A DNA stretch of 37,512 nucleotides from a virus (lineage: Duplodnaviria; Caudoviricetes). Where the stretch lies: positions 1-37,512 of the IMG/VR virus record IMGVR_UViG_3300014656_000013; one strand, given 5' to 3'. Both the position numbers and the translations under genes were made by a program. Shown piece after piece: positions 1 to 7,302 of the stretch (its first letter is position 1; each line of letters starts with the position of its first letter). The notes under the pieces were generated by a model that had not been told where the DNA came from, made no database searches, and was given only the letters and a program-made list of their open reading frames with translations.

Positions 1-37
1 ACGCAGGCACCTCCCCCGCCGCGGGCTGGGGTGGACA
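1..37. repeat. Terminal direct repeat / assembly overlap (left copy)
   Basis: acgcaggcacctcccccgccgcgggctggggtggaca is identical to 37476-37512. Confidence 0.97.
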
Positions 38-1294
38 ACTGCCAAGCCACGAATCGCAACCGTCATCGGCCGGCATGTGGGCAACGATTGCTCCGCCACG
101 ATCTTGGCACGTCTTCAGCGCCGAGTTCCAGTAGAAGCATGAGCCGCACCGTTTGGCGGGCTGGGGCTCGGGCTGAGCCGGTTTGATAGGCAGGCCGCAC
201 TCATCACCCGCGGCCCACGCCGACCTGCCGCCATCCTGTGCTGAGCACGTGCCCAAGTCTCCGCCCTCCCCACCATCGCTGATCCAGTTCGAACAACCTG
301 GGCCACACGCCCGACCCTCCTCACCTACCACAGCTGGCTCAATCCCAGCATTGTCGGCCAAGTTCTCGTCGCGCTCCTCATCGGTGAGCGGACGGTAGCC
401 GAGGCGGGCGCGTTGCTCGGATGCCTTGATGTCAGCGATGATGTCGTGCACCGCTCCGATACTCGGCATGACGGGCTTAGGCTGGGGCGTTGGCACCACC
501 GACCTGCACGACTTCCAGCAGATCCTCCCTCGCACCTCGCACCAGACCTCATCTGCGCTGAAGTGTTTCCCGAGCGCGCCAACCGTATCAGTCTGGGCGG
601 CGGCGAGCCCGTTTGCCGTGCGCTCCCACACAAGCTTGGCGCGCGTTGTGCGCTCTAGCTGGGCCTCCAGCTCCCCCGCCCGCTCCCGCGCTGCTGCCAG
701 GTCGACGTGCAACTGGTCCCACGATGCGCACGTGTCGCCAAGGGTTCCCTCCAACTCCTCCACCCGCTCGGCTAGGCGGTCCCGCTCCTCTAGGGCTTCG
801 TTCCGTTGCTTGATGGCATCTTTGAAGTTCCACTCCCACGATCCGGGTTCTGGGTTCCACAGTCCTGGCTTGGCGTCCAACGGGCACCACCGTTTGAACA
901 CTGCGAGGTCTGGTATGTGCTGTGGCACTCGATACTGGGTCACCATCGGCGGGTAGCAGCAATGGGCGTCCTTCTGGTACTCGCACGCAACGCATTGCTC
1001 GGGCACCGGACTCGCTGGTCCAGCCACGTCACCCGCCTCCACAACCGGCCGCATCTCGGCTAGAGCGGCCTCGGCTGCGGTGGCGCGGTCATGCTCGGCG
1101 TTGCAGTCCAGCGCCAGGTGCCGGCACAGCTCTAGCAAGTCGTCGCCGTCGATGTCGTCCACCGCATAGGTCAAGATGCTGATCGCCTTCTGCTCGCGCT
1201 CGGCTAGGCGGTCGCGGTCGGCTTCCACTTCCCGCACCCGCTCGGCCATGTGTTGTAGGTCGGCCCTTACGTGTGGATTTGGATGTGCGCCCAT
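1..1294 (-). CDS. 5' part of an origin-spanning 563-aa mosaic protein with coiled-coil and Cys-rich microdomains; continues at 37475-37078
   Basis: ATG at 1294-1292 with an AAGGAGG SD upstream (MGAHPNPHVRADLQHMAERVREVEADRDRLAER...). I read the frame to base 1 with no stop, and it joins the 37078..37485 ORF in frame. Confidence 0.85.
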   Translation of the reverse strand, partial: MGAHPNPHVRADLQHMAERVREVEADRDRLAEREQKAISILTYAVDDIDGDDLLELCRHLALDCNAEHDRATAAEAALAEMRPVVEAGDVAGPASPVPEQCVACEYQKDAHCCYPPMVTQYRVPQHIPDLAVFKRWCPLDAKPGLWNPEPGSWEWNFKDAIKQRNEALEERDRLAERVEELEGTLGDTCASWDQLHVDLAAARERAGELEAQLERTTRAKLVWERTANGLAAAQTDTVGALGKHFSADEVWCEVRGRICWKSCRSVVPTPQPKPVMPSIGAVHDIIADIKASEQRARLGYRPLTDEERDENLADNAGIEPAVVGEEGRACGPGCSNWISDGGEGGDLGTCSAQDGGRSAWAAGDECGLPIKPAQPEPQPAKRCGSCFYWNSALKTCQDRGGAIVAHMPADDGCDSWLGSCPPQPAAGEVPA

Positions 1295-1295
1295 G

Positions 1296-1721
1296 TCAGT
1301 CGTCCTCCTTCTTGTCTACCAACTCGGCCTCCAGCTCCTCGATGCGCTCGGCCAGCTTGTCGCGCTCGGCTTCGGCGTTGGTCCAACCAACCTGTGCGTT
1401 AGCGTGTAGGGCGTGCGCCTCGTTCATCAGCAGGTGCAACTCCGCGTTGCTGTCCTGCTGGTTTTTCTGCACGGTGCGCATGAGTTTCACCTCCGCCTCC
1501 AGCTCGGCCACCCGCCTGGCCAGCTTGGCGCGGTCGGCTTCGGCTGCCTCGGCGCGTAGCAGCGTGCCATCTCGGTCGCGCACCAGCGCGGCATAGGCGT
1601 CCCGGGCGGCCGACATGGCCACCACGCGCGCGGCGAGGCGGTCCCGCTCCGCTGTCACCTCGCGCAACTGCCTCGAGACGTCGCGCAGGTCGTCCACGAT
1701 GCCGTGTCGTCGGTGTCTCAT
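1296..1721 (-). CDS. Coiled-coil hypothetical protein (141 aa)
   Basis: Heptad-rich (ERDRLAARV, RDKLAERIEELEAE); tightly packed in the leftward operon. Confidence 0.8.
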   Translation of the reverse strand: MRHRRHGIVDDLRDVSRQLREVTAERDRLAARVVAMSAARDAYAALVRDRDGTLLRAEAAEADRAKLARRVAELEAEVKLMRTVQKNQQDSNAELHLLMNEAHALHANAQVGWTNAEAERDKLAERIEELEAELVDKKEDD

Positions 1722-1784
1722 TTCAGTGTTCCCTTTCCGTCGCAGTGTGGCCTGCCAGGCTTGCCGCAGTGGGGCACGTGTGGA

Positions 1785-1994
1785 TCATGCCTTCGCCTTC
1801 CTATGCTGCGCCGCGTTTGGACATGTGACCCAGTGCGGTACCCACACTGTCTCGATGCTCACCACCGTCTCGCCGGCTAGGTTTTTGCTGCGCGCCACGG
1901 CTCGCTTCTCGGGCTCGGCGTCGAGCGGCATCTTCTTGTCGTTATGGGTGATCGCCCAGATGATGGCGGCTCCGCAACTGCTGCAGGTGCTCAC
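1785..1994 (-). CDS. Small Zn-binding-type phage protein (69 aa)
   Basis: GTG start overlaps the upstream stop (GTGA). Pattern CSSCGAAIIWAIT..KKMPLD...PHWVTC is typical of a common small phage family. Confidence 0.75.
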   Translation of the reverse strand: MSTCSSCGAAIIWAITHNDKKMPLDAEPEKRAVARSKNLAGETVVSIETVWVPHWVTCPNAAQHRKAKA

Positions 1995-2191
1995 GACACC
2001 CCTCCCCCTGCCGGCAGCCCCGTCCAGTCTACCCGGACCGGGCGGAGGTCGTGCGTCTCGGGGTCGAACAGCAGCGCGACGTCGCCGCCGAACAGCGTCG
2101 GGCCGAGTAGTCGGCAAAGCCACGTCGTGTCCGCCTGGCCGCTGGGGATGATGAGCGAGGGCTGGCGGGTCGGCTGGGTGTAGCAGGTCAT
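1991..2191 (-). CDS. Hypothetical protein (66 aa)
   Basis: 4-nt start/stop overlaps with both neighbours. Confidence 0.65.
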   Translation of the reverse strand: MTCYTQPTRQPSLIIPSGQADTTWLCRLLGPTLFGGDVALLFDPETHDLRPVRVDWTGLPAGGGVS

Positions 2192-2448
2192 TGGCGGGGC
2201 TCCTGTGCTAGCGGCACGACGTTGAGCACACTACAAGAGAGGCCGACCGACCATGCCTCGACCACCTGCTCGACCGTCTCGGTCACCGCGTAGGTGTACT
2301 CCTCAGGGTCGCCCTTACGGCTGATGAGGGCGTGGGCGCGGCCGCTGCTGACGTGCTTGGCCGGCGGCGTGACGGCTGCAATCGAGTCCGCGGCGATGAA
2401 AAGCGGCGCGCCTTCTTCGGTGTGTGAGGTGGTCAGTTTGATGATCAC
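2188..2448 (-). CDS. FlbD/SwrD-like small protein (86 aa)
   Basis: MIIKLT...LFIAADSIAAV...YAVTETVEQV resembles the FlbD-family pattern; AGGAGG SD. Confidence 0.55.
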   Translation of the reverse strand: MIIKLTTSHTEEGAPLFIAADSIAAVTPPAKHVSSGRAHALISRKGDPEEYTYAVTETVEQVVEAWSVGLSCSVLNVVPLAQEPRQ

Positions 2449-3533
2449 GACGCCCTCCTGATTGCTGCGGCAAGTTTCCTCGCCGCCAGCTCGTCGGCCA
2501 CGCCCCAGCTGTCGAAGCGCTCGACTACCTCGATGGCGGCGTCGCGCAGTGTGGCGCTCGCGACCTCGGCCGCCTCCCGGCGCTCGCGTGCGATCCGATC
2601 TGCCTCGTCCCGCGCTGCCTGCTCCGCCGCCGCCTGCTTGGCCAGCGCCGCCCGCTCCCGCTCGGCCTGCTCCTCCTGCTCCGCTCGGATCGCCTCGACG
2701 CGCGCGGACTCGGCGCGCACCGCCGCCGCCTGCTCCGCCAGCGCCGCCCGCTCGGCGTCCTGGCGCTCCTGCGCAATGGCGTCCAAGCGGTCGCGCTCGG
2801 CCTGGGCGGCGGCGTCGGCGGCTGCTCGGGCCTCTGCTGCTGCTGCTGCGTCGGCGGCCGCCTGCCGCTCCTGCTCGGCGCGGCGGAGGTCAAGCTCGGC
2901 GCGCTCGCGGTCCAGTTTGAGCCGCTCGGCCACGCGGCGCTCGTCGTCCTGACGCTTGGCCTCGGCCCGCTCCGCCGCCGCCAGTGCCTCGGCTGCCGCG
3001 CGCCGCTCTGTCGCCTGCCGCTCCTGCTCGGCCCGCTCGGCGGTGAGCTTGGCCTGCTGTGCTTCAAGCGCGGCCCGCTGCTCGGCGAGCTCGGCCCGCT
3101 CTGCCGCCAGCCGGTCGCGCTCGATCTGGGCGAGGCGCTCCTGCTCGGCGCGCTCTTTCTCCTCCCGCTCCACGCGGCGGCGCTCTTCCTCGGCTTTGAT
3201 CTGCGCGTCAATGGGCTCCTCGAGGGCGACGAGGCGGTCCTTGATCGCGCTGGCCTGACTCTCGATCTGTTTGCCGAGATCGATTAGCGGCCGCTTGGCA
3301 GCTTTACGCAGATCGTCGAGCTTGATCCGGCGGCTCTTGATCACGCCCCGGGCCGCCTTGGCGTCCTTCATGCCGGCGGTGGTCGTCACTGGGTAGGTCT
3401 TCCCGGCGTACTCTGTCTCGAGCACCTCGAGGCCCGCGGCAACGGTGTCGAATTTGGCAAGCGCAGCCCGGGCCGGCTCGATGGTGATGAGGGCGGTCGT
3501 GGTGATCTCGGGGGTGTCGTCGTGGTCGGTCAT
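2445..3533 (-). CDS. Phage coiled-coil protein (DUF1351-like N-terminus, long Ala/Glu/Arg helix)
   Basis: ATG 3533 with AGGAG SD. GMKDAKAAR...LRKAAKRP...GKQIESQA...LEEPIDAQIK motif is typical of proteins next to phage recombination genes. Confidence 0.75.
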   Translation of the reverse strand: MTDHDDTPEITTTALITIEPARAALAKFDTVAAGLEVLETEYAGKTYPVTTTAGMKDAKAARGVIKSRRIKLDDLRKAAKRPLIDLGKQIESQASAIKDRLVALEEPIDAQIKAEEERRRVEREEKERAEQERLAQIERDRLAAERAELAEQRAALEAQQAKLTAERAEQERQATERRAAAEALAAAERAEAKRQDDERRVAERLKLDRERAELDLRRAEQERQAAADAAAAAEARAAADAAAQAERDRLDAIAQERQDAERAALAEQAAAVRAESARVEAIRAEQEEQAERERAALAKQAAAEQAARDEADRIARERREAAEVASATLRDAAIEVVERFDSWGVADELAARKLAAAIRRAS

Positions 3534-3546
3534 GGCGTGGTGTCTC

Positions 3547-4044
3547 CTAGGCTGAGCGGTCGTAGTCGTCGTCGGGGTCGGCCGGTGGTGGTGGCGTGGC
3601 AGGGGCGCTCGCTCGCGCCGCCTTCCCGGTCGGAACCAGCCTCCGGATCTTCGGCTTCTTCCGGGGCAGCCTAATCTCCACGTCGAGCGGCTCGGTGAGG
3701 CTGGGCGATCCCTTGACTCGCACGGCGTCCACAGTCTCGAGTCCAAAGGGGGCCTGCTCTGAGCACAGCGTCACCGACTGGCCGATCCAGTCTTGCACGC
3801 GCTTGCCCCACATGGCCTTCAAGCACTGGCCGTTCGTGCTGTTCAGCACCCACTGCTTATCGGTGCCGTGAAATGAGATGATGCCTCGCACCCGATCGTG
3901 GCCGTCGTCCTGCGGTAGCGGCTCGGTATCGATCGCTTTGAGCCTCAAGGTGAGCGGTTTGGCCGCGAAAAGGCCCGCCTTGATGAAGCGGCCGGGGAAG
4001 AGTTCGTCGTAGTCAACTGGCTTCGGCTGCTGCTTGTCCTTCAT
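3547..4044 (-). CDS. Putative ssDNA-binding/recombination accessory protein (165 aa)
   Basis: ATG 4044; motif FPGRFIKA...VLNSTN...WIGQSVTL...DAVRV; Pro/acidic tail (ADPDDDYD); immediately downstream of the exonuclease. Confidence 0.6.
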   Translation of the reverse strand: MKDKQQPKPVDYDELFPGRFIKAGLFAAKPLTLRLKAIDTEPLPQDDGHDRVRGIISFHGTDKQWVLNSTNGQCLKAMWGKRVQDWIGQSVTLCSEQAPFGLETVDAVRVKGSPSLTEPLDVEIRLPRKKPKIRRLVPTGKAARASAPATPPPPADPDDDYDRSA

Positions 4045-4987
4045 TGTCGTCGTGCTCCCAGTCGAGGCCGAGTCCGGTCGGATCGGCGAGGTCTGTCGTT
4101 TCATCGTAGGTGGGCATTTCCAGCGGCTGGATCCCGTCGTGCATGCCAGGCCACCGACGCTCCCGGCGGCACCGCTGCAGCGTCTCAAGGGCGGCTTCGT
4201 AGCTGTCGCGGCCTCGCTGGATCGCCTCGTCGGGCAGGCTGAACACCGCCACGTCAAACGGCTCGCAGTTCTGCGGGGCCAAGATGAGGTACGGCAGTCG
4301 CCGGCCCGTCGCTGCCTCGACGGCATCGGTGTAGACGGCGGCCTGCACGTGGTAGCCGAGCCGCTTAGCGTCGGAGCCGAAGCGCCACTTGGAAATGTCG
4401 CGCGTTGATTTCAGGTCGACGATACAGTCCGGGGTGAGCATGTCGATCCTGGACTTCATGCGCTCGCCCGATCGGTGCGTCCACGTGATCGAGATCTCGC
4501 GGTGGGTGGCGGTGGCGATGAGCGGTAGCGCGTCGGCGGAGCGGTAGACGGCGCGGCGAGCGGCCATGCACACGTCGTAGTCTGCGACGTCCAGCACGGT
4601 CTTGCCCTCCCGGATCGCGGCGGCTTCGAACTCCTGCCAACGGGTGCGGGCGCCCTCACCACGGGACTTGGGCTCGCGGTAGACGGTGTACTCCAGGATC
4701 GTCGTGTCTGGCTCAAGGACGACGCTGTGCAGTGCCCGGCCCAGCTTCATCGCCGCCGTGTCCGGTCGAGGGCGGCCGACGAGCGTAGCGCCGCACTCGG
4801 GGCAGACGCGCGCGCCGCTTGTGTCCACTACTGGGTTGCTCATGCAGTCGTGGCCGCACGCGTCGCACACGTCCTGGTGGCGACGCTGGTAGAGCAGCGG
4901 TGAGACGCGCAGGTCGGACAGGGCGCTCGAGTTGGTGCCGGGGAGGCGGCGGTAGGCGGCGAAGGGAATTTGGTGGATGGTGGTCAT
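4013..4987 (-). CDS. RecE/exonuclease VIII-like PD-(D/E)XK nuclease (DUF3799-like)
   Basis: NSSALSDL, AMKLGRALHSVVLEP, KSRIDML, IVDLKST, GYHVQAAVY and WPG motifs. Confidence 0.88.
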   Translation of the reverse strand: MTTIHQIPFAAYRRLPGTNSSALSDLRVSPLLYQRRHQDVCDACGHDCMSNPVVDTSGARVCPECGATLVGRPRPDTAAMKLGRALHSVVLEPDTTILEYTVYREPKSRGEGARTRWQEFEAAAIREGKTVLDVADYDVCMAARRAVYRSADALPLIATATHREISITWTHRSGERMKSRIDMLTPDCIVDLKSTRDISKWRFGSDAKRLGYHVQAAVYTDAVEAATGRRLPYLILAPQNCEPFDVAVFSLPDEAIQRGRDSYEAALETLQRCRRERRWPGMHDGIQPLEMPTYDETTDLADPTGLGLDWEHDDNEGQAAAEAS

Positions 4988-5145
4988 GGCTTACCCCTCT
5001 CCCTCTCTTCCGTCAGCCTCCGCACCAACTCATGGTCCCCGCTCCGCTCGGCGTCTCGGAGCGCCTCCTCGAGATCGGTGCCTTTCCGTCGTGCCAGCGG
5101 GTCGGGCTCGCGTGTGCCGTCGGGGAGCTCGCGCAGGTCGGTCAC
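4984..5145 (-). CDS. Hypothetical protein (53 aa)
   Basis: GTG start overlaps the upstream stop and has a GGAG SD; stop overlaps the exonuclease ATG. Confidence 0.55.
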   Translation of the reverse strand: MTDLRELPDGTREPDPLARRKGTDLEEALRDAERSGDHELVRRLTEERERGKP

Positions 5146-5303
5146 TTGCCGCTCCTCCGCGCCGAGGCCAGCGCCAGCCAGTCGATCGGCTCCGGCCGCG
5201 TCTCGCCGGGCTCTAGCAGGGCGGGGGTGGTGTCGGGCTGGACGGCCCGGCGCTTCCAGATGAGCAGCACCTTCCGGGCGGTGTCGGTGGTCGCCTTGGT
5301 CAT
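5142..5303 (-). CDS. Hypothetical protein (53 aa), first gene of the leftward operon
   Basis: ATG 5303 (MTKATTDTARK...); stop overlaps the next start. Confidence 0.5.
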   Translation of the reverse strand: MTKATTDTARKVLLIWKRRAVQPDTTPALLEPGETRPEPIDWLALASARRSGK

Positions 5304-5315
5304 GCATCCAGGTAT

Positions 5316-5331
5316 TGCAAAGCTGGGGCCA
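5316..5331 (-). promoter_or_regulatory. Putative sigma54 (-24/-12) promoter for the leftward operon
   Basis: Minus strand reads TGGCCCCAGCTTTGCA against consensus TGGCACGNNNNTTGCW, with exact GG-N10-GC spacing. Confidence 0.5.
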
Positions 5332-5373
5332 ACTATTCGCCACGCGATTACAGGCACTTGGCACCGCAAAATC

Positions 5374-5435
5374 GCGTATGCCGTTTCGCACCGCGTAGGC
5401 TCTTTCGCACCAAAGCGCGTAGACTCTTTCGCACC
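5374..5435. repeat. Three imperfect 19-bp direct repeats (operator/UAS-like)
   Basis: GCGTATGCCGTTTCGCACC (5374-5392), GCGTAGGCTCTTTCGCACC (5393-5411), GCGTAGACTCTTTCGCACC (5417-5435). Confidence 0.85.
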
Positions 5436-5471
5436 GGCTAGCGATTCTGAGACGTTGGGCGCCGGCTCGCT

Positions 5472-5500
5472 TTGGCATGGGTCTTGATTGCATGTAAGAT
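5472..5500 (+). promoter_or_regulatory. Putative rightward promoter (sigma70-like)
   Basis: TTGGCA (5472-5477)-N17-TAAGAT (5495-5500). It overlaps a degenerate sigma54-like TGGCATGGGTCTTGA and the inverted repeat TCTTGAT (5482-5488)/ATCAAGA (5511-5517). Confidence 0.5.
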
Positions 5501-5692
5501 GTGACGATCGATCAAGAACGGCTCGAGGCAATGCGTGAGATGATGCGCACCGATCAGCGGATGCGACTCGAGGTGCTCTCACTGTTGCTCTCTGTGGGCT
5601 CCGTGGAGCGCGCGGCGACCATCCTGCGCGTGCCATCTGACAGCCTACGCGAGTGGCTCGGGCCGGACTGCGACGACGAGGCGGGCCGCTGA
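5501..5692 (+). CDS. Small helix-turn-helix protein (Fis-type/Cro-like); true start may be ATG 5531 or 5540
   Basis: LLSVGSVERAATILRVPSDSLREWL fits an HTH pattern; first gene of the rightward operon. Confidence 0.65.
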   Translation: MTIDQERLEAMREMMRTDQRMRLEVLSLLLSVGSVERAATILRVPSDSLREWLGPDCDDEAGR

Positions 5693-5693
5693 C

Positions 5694-5963
5694 ATGACCT
5701 TACTAGTCACCCCCGTGCTCGAGCTGTGCAGCCCCGAGCAGCGCTTCCTGTGCCGCCCGTACTCGGTGGTCGTCTCGGCCCGCGTCTGCCTGCTCAGGCA
5801 GGCACAGCACGGCCAGCGGGTAGCGATCTCGGCGTCGGGCTCGGTCCAGCTCTGGCGGGTCGGGGCGCACGCTACTCGGATCCATGACTACGGGCGGTGC
5901 CGCGACTGCGAGCTGGGGCGGGCGGTGCGAGCGGCGGTGGAGGTGCCAGCCGATGACGCTTGA
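5694..5963 (+). CDS. Cys-rich hypothetical protein (89 aa)
   Basis: FLCRP...VCLLRQ...CRDCELG; packed between the HTH and helicase genes. Confidence 0.65.
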   Translation: MTLLVTPVLELCSPEQRFLCRPYSVVVSARVCLLRQAQHGQRVAISASGSVQLWRVGAHATRIHDYGRCRDCELGRAVRAAVEVPADDA

Positions 5964-7299
5964 CCCCCTCCGCCCCTACCAGACCAGAGCACTTGAGCTG
6001 CTCGTCGACGCGGCTCACCGCTGGTCCGCGCGGAAAGCCGGCTATGGGCTGCTCGCGGTGGCGCCGACGGGGGCCGGCAAGACACGGCTCGCGCTGGAGC
6101 TTGCGACCCGCTCGATCGCAAAGGGCCGGCGGGTGCTCTGGCTCGCGCCGCGGACAGAGCTGATCAATCAGCCGCTCGAGCGCCTACACGAGGCGGGCTG
6201 GCACGACGTGCAGGTCTTGCAGGCGGACCGGCCGCGGGGCGAGGGGCCGATCACGGTGGCGAGTATTCAGACACTCGTGGCGCGGGGGGAGCTGCCGGAG
6301 GCGGACCTTGTGATCCTCGACGAGGCGAGGCACTACGTCGCGCAGGAGTGGGGCGCGGTGGCGGCACGCTACCTCGGCTCGGTCCGCGTCGGCCTTGACG
6401 CGACGCCGGCACGAGCGGACGGCGCGGCCCTGGGCGATCTATTTGACGAGCTGATCGAGGTCGCCACGATCCAGGAGCTGACGGCGCTGGGCTGGCTGGT
6501 GCCGGCGCGGGTGATCGGGCCGGCGCAGTACGAAAAAAAGCTCTGCGGGGCTGGCCCGGTCCAGGCCTACCTTGACCACACGCCGCAGGGCCGGGCGTTG
6601 TGCTTCTGCACGTCGCGGCGCCACGCGGCGGACACGGCGGCGGAGTTCCGCGCGGCCGGCGTCGAGGCGGTGGCCGTCGACTCGCACTCGTCGGAGGACA
6701 CCCGAGCGCTCGCGGTAGCCGGGATCCGGGACGGCTCGCTCCGAGTGCTCTGCAATGTCCAGCTTTTCACCGAGGGGTTCGACGCTCCCGGCGTGGACAC
6801 GGTGATCGTAGCGCGCGGCGTCTCGAACGGGTGGACCTGGCTGCAGATGATCGGGCGAGGGCTGCGGCCTGCGGCTGGGCGCGCCGTCGAGGGGGAGCGC
6901 TGCACGGTGCTAGACCTGCGCGGCCATTGCCGCCGGGCCGGCTTTGGCTTTCCCGACGACCCCAGGACGTGGCACCTCGAGGGGCGGCCGCTGCGCCACG
7001 TCGAGGGGCTACCTGTGGCCGTCCAGTGCCCGGGCTGTCACGGCTGGTCGAGAGGTGGCGGCACATGCCCAGTGTGCGGCGCCACAAAGCCAGACCCGCC
7101 GCCGCCGAAGATCAGCAAGGCGAAGCTCGCCGAGCTGCGGCGTGAGCGGGCGCCTCGACATGGGGCGCAATGGGAGCTGTGGCGTGGGCTGGTCCTCGAG
7201 GCGCGCGAGCGGGGGTACAAGCCGCAGTGGGCGATCTTCAGGTACAAAGCAAAAACAGGGTACTTCCCGCGATGGGGGGTCAAGCAGGTGGAGGAGTAG
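5953..7299 (+). CDS. Superfamily 2 DEAD/DEAH-type helicase with C-terminal Zn finger (YejH/RadD-like)
   Basis: LRPYQ, APTGAGKT, LDEARH, ATP(AR), TEGFDAP, QMIGRGLR, CPGC..CPVC; ATG 5953 with GGAGGT SD. Confidence 0.92.
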   Translation: MTLDPLRPYQTRALELLVDAAHRWSARKAGYGLLAVAPTGAGKTRLALELATRSIAKGRRVLWLAPRTELINQPLERLHEAGWHDVQVLQADRPRGEGPITVASIQTLVARGELPEADLVILDEARHYVAQEWGAVAARYLGSVRVGLDATPARADGAALGDLFDELIEVATIQELTALGWLVPARVIGPAQYEKKLCGAGPVQAYLDHTPQGRALCFCTSRRHAADTAAEFRAAGVEAVAVDSHSSEDTRALAVAGIRDGSLRVLCNVQLFTEGFDAPGVDTVIVARGVSNGWTWLQMIGRGLRPAAGRAVEGERCTVLDLRGHCRRAGFGFPDDPRTWHLEGRPLRHVEGLPVAVQCPGCHGWSRGGGTCPVCGATKPDPPPPKISKAKLAELRRERAPRHGAQWELWRGLVLEARERGYKPQWAIFRYKAKTGYFPRWGVKQVEE

Positions 7300-7302
7300 A
7301 AA

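Noticed and set aside
1-37. 37-bp terminal repeat as a biological DTR or att site
   Set aside because: It lies mid-ORF and beside an internal 20-bp repeat, so it is most simply an assembler overlap on a circular contig. No integrase is present.
115-1409. Many short track ORFs in the first 1.4 kb
   Set aside because: They are explained as alternative frames of the origin-spanning minus-strand gene.
6313-6333. DEAR instead of DEAH as a sign of an inactive helicase
   Set aside because: The catalytic DE and the other SF2 motifs are intact, so this is minor variation.
6526-6545. A7 run in the helicase as a frameshift or phase-variation site
   Set aside because: The ORF is intact with all motifs in one frame, and the run simply encodes EKK.
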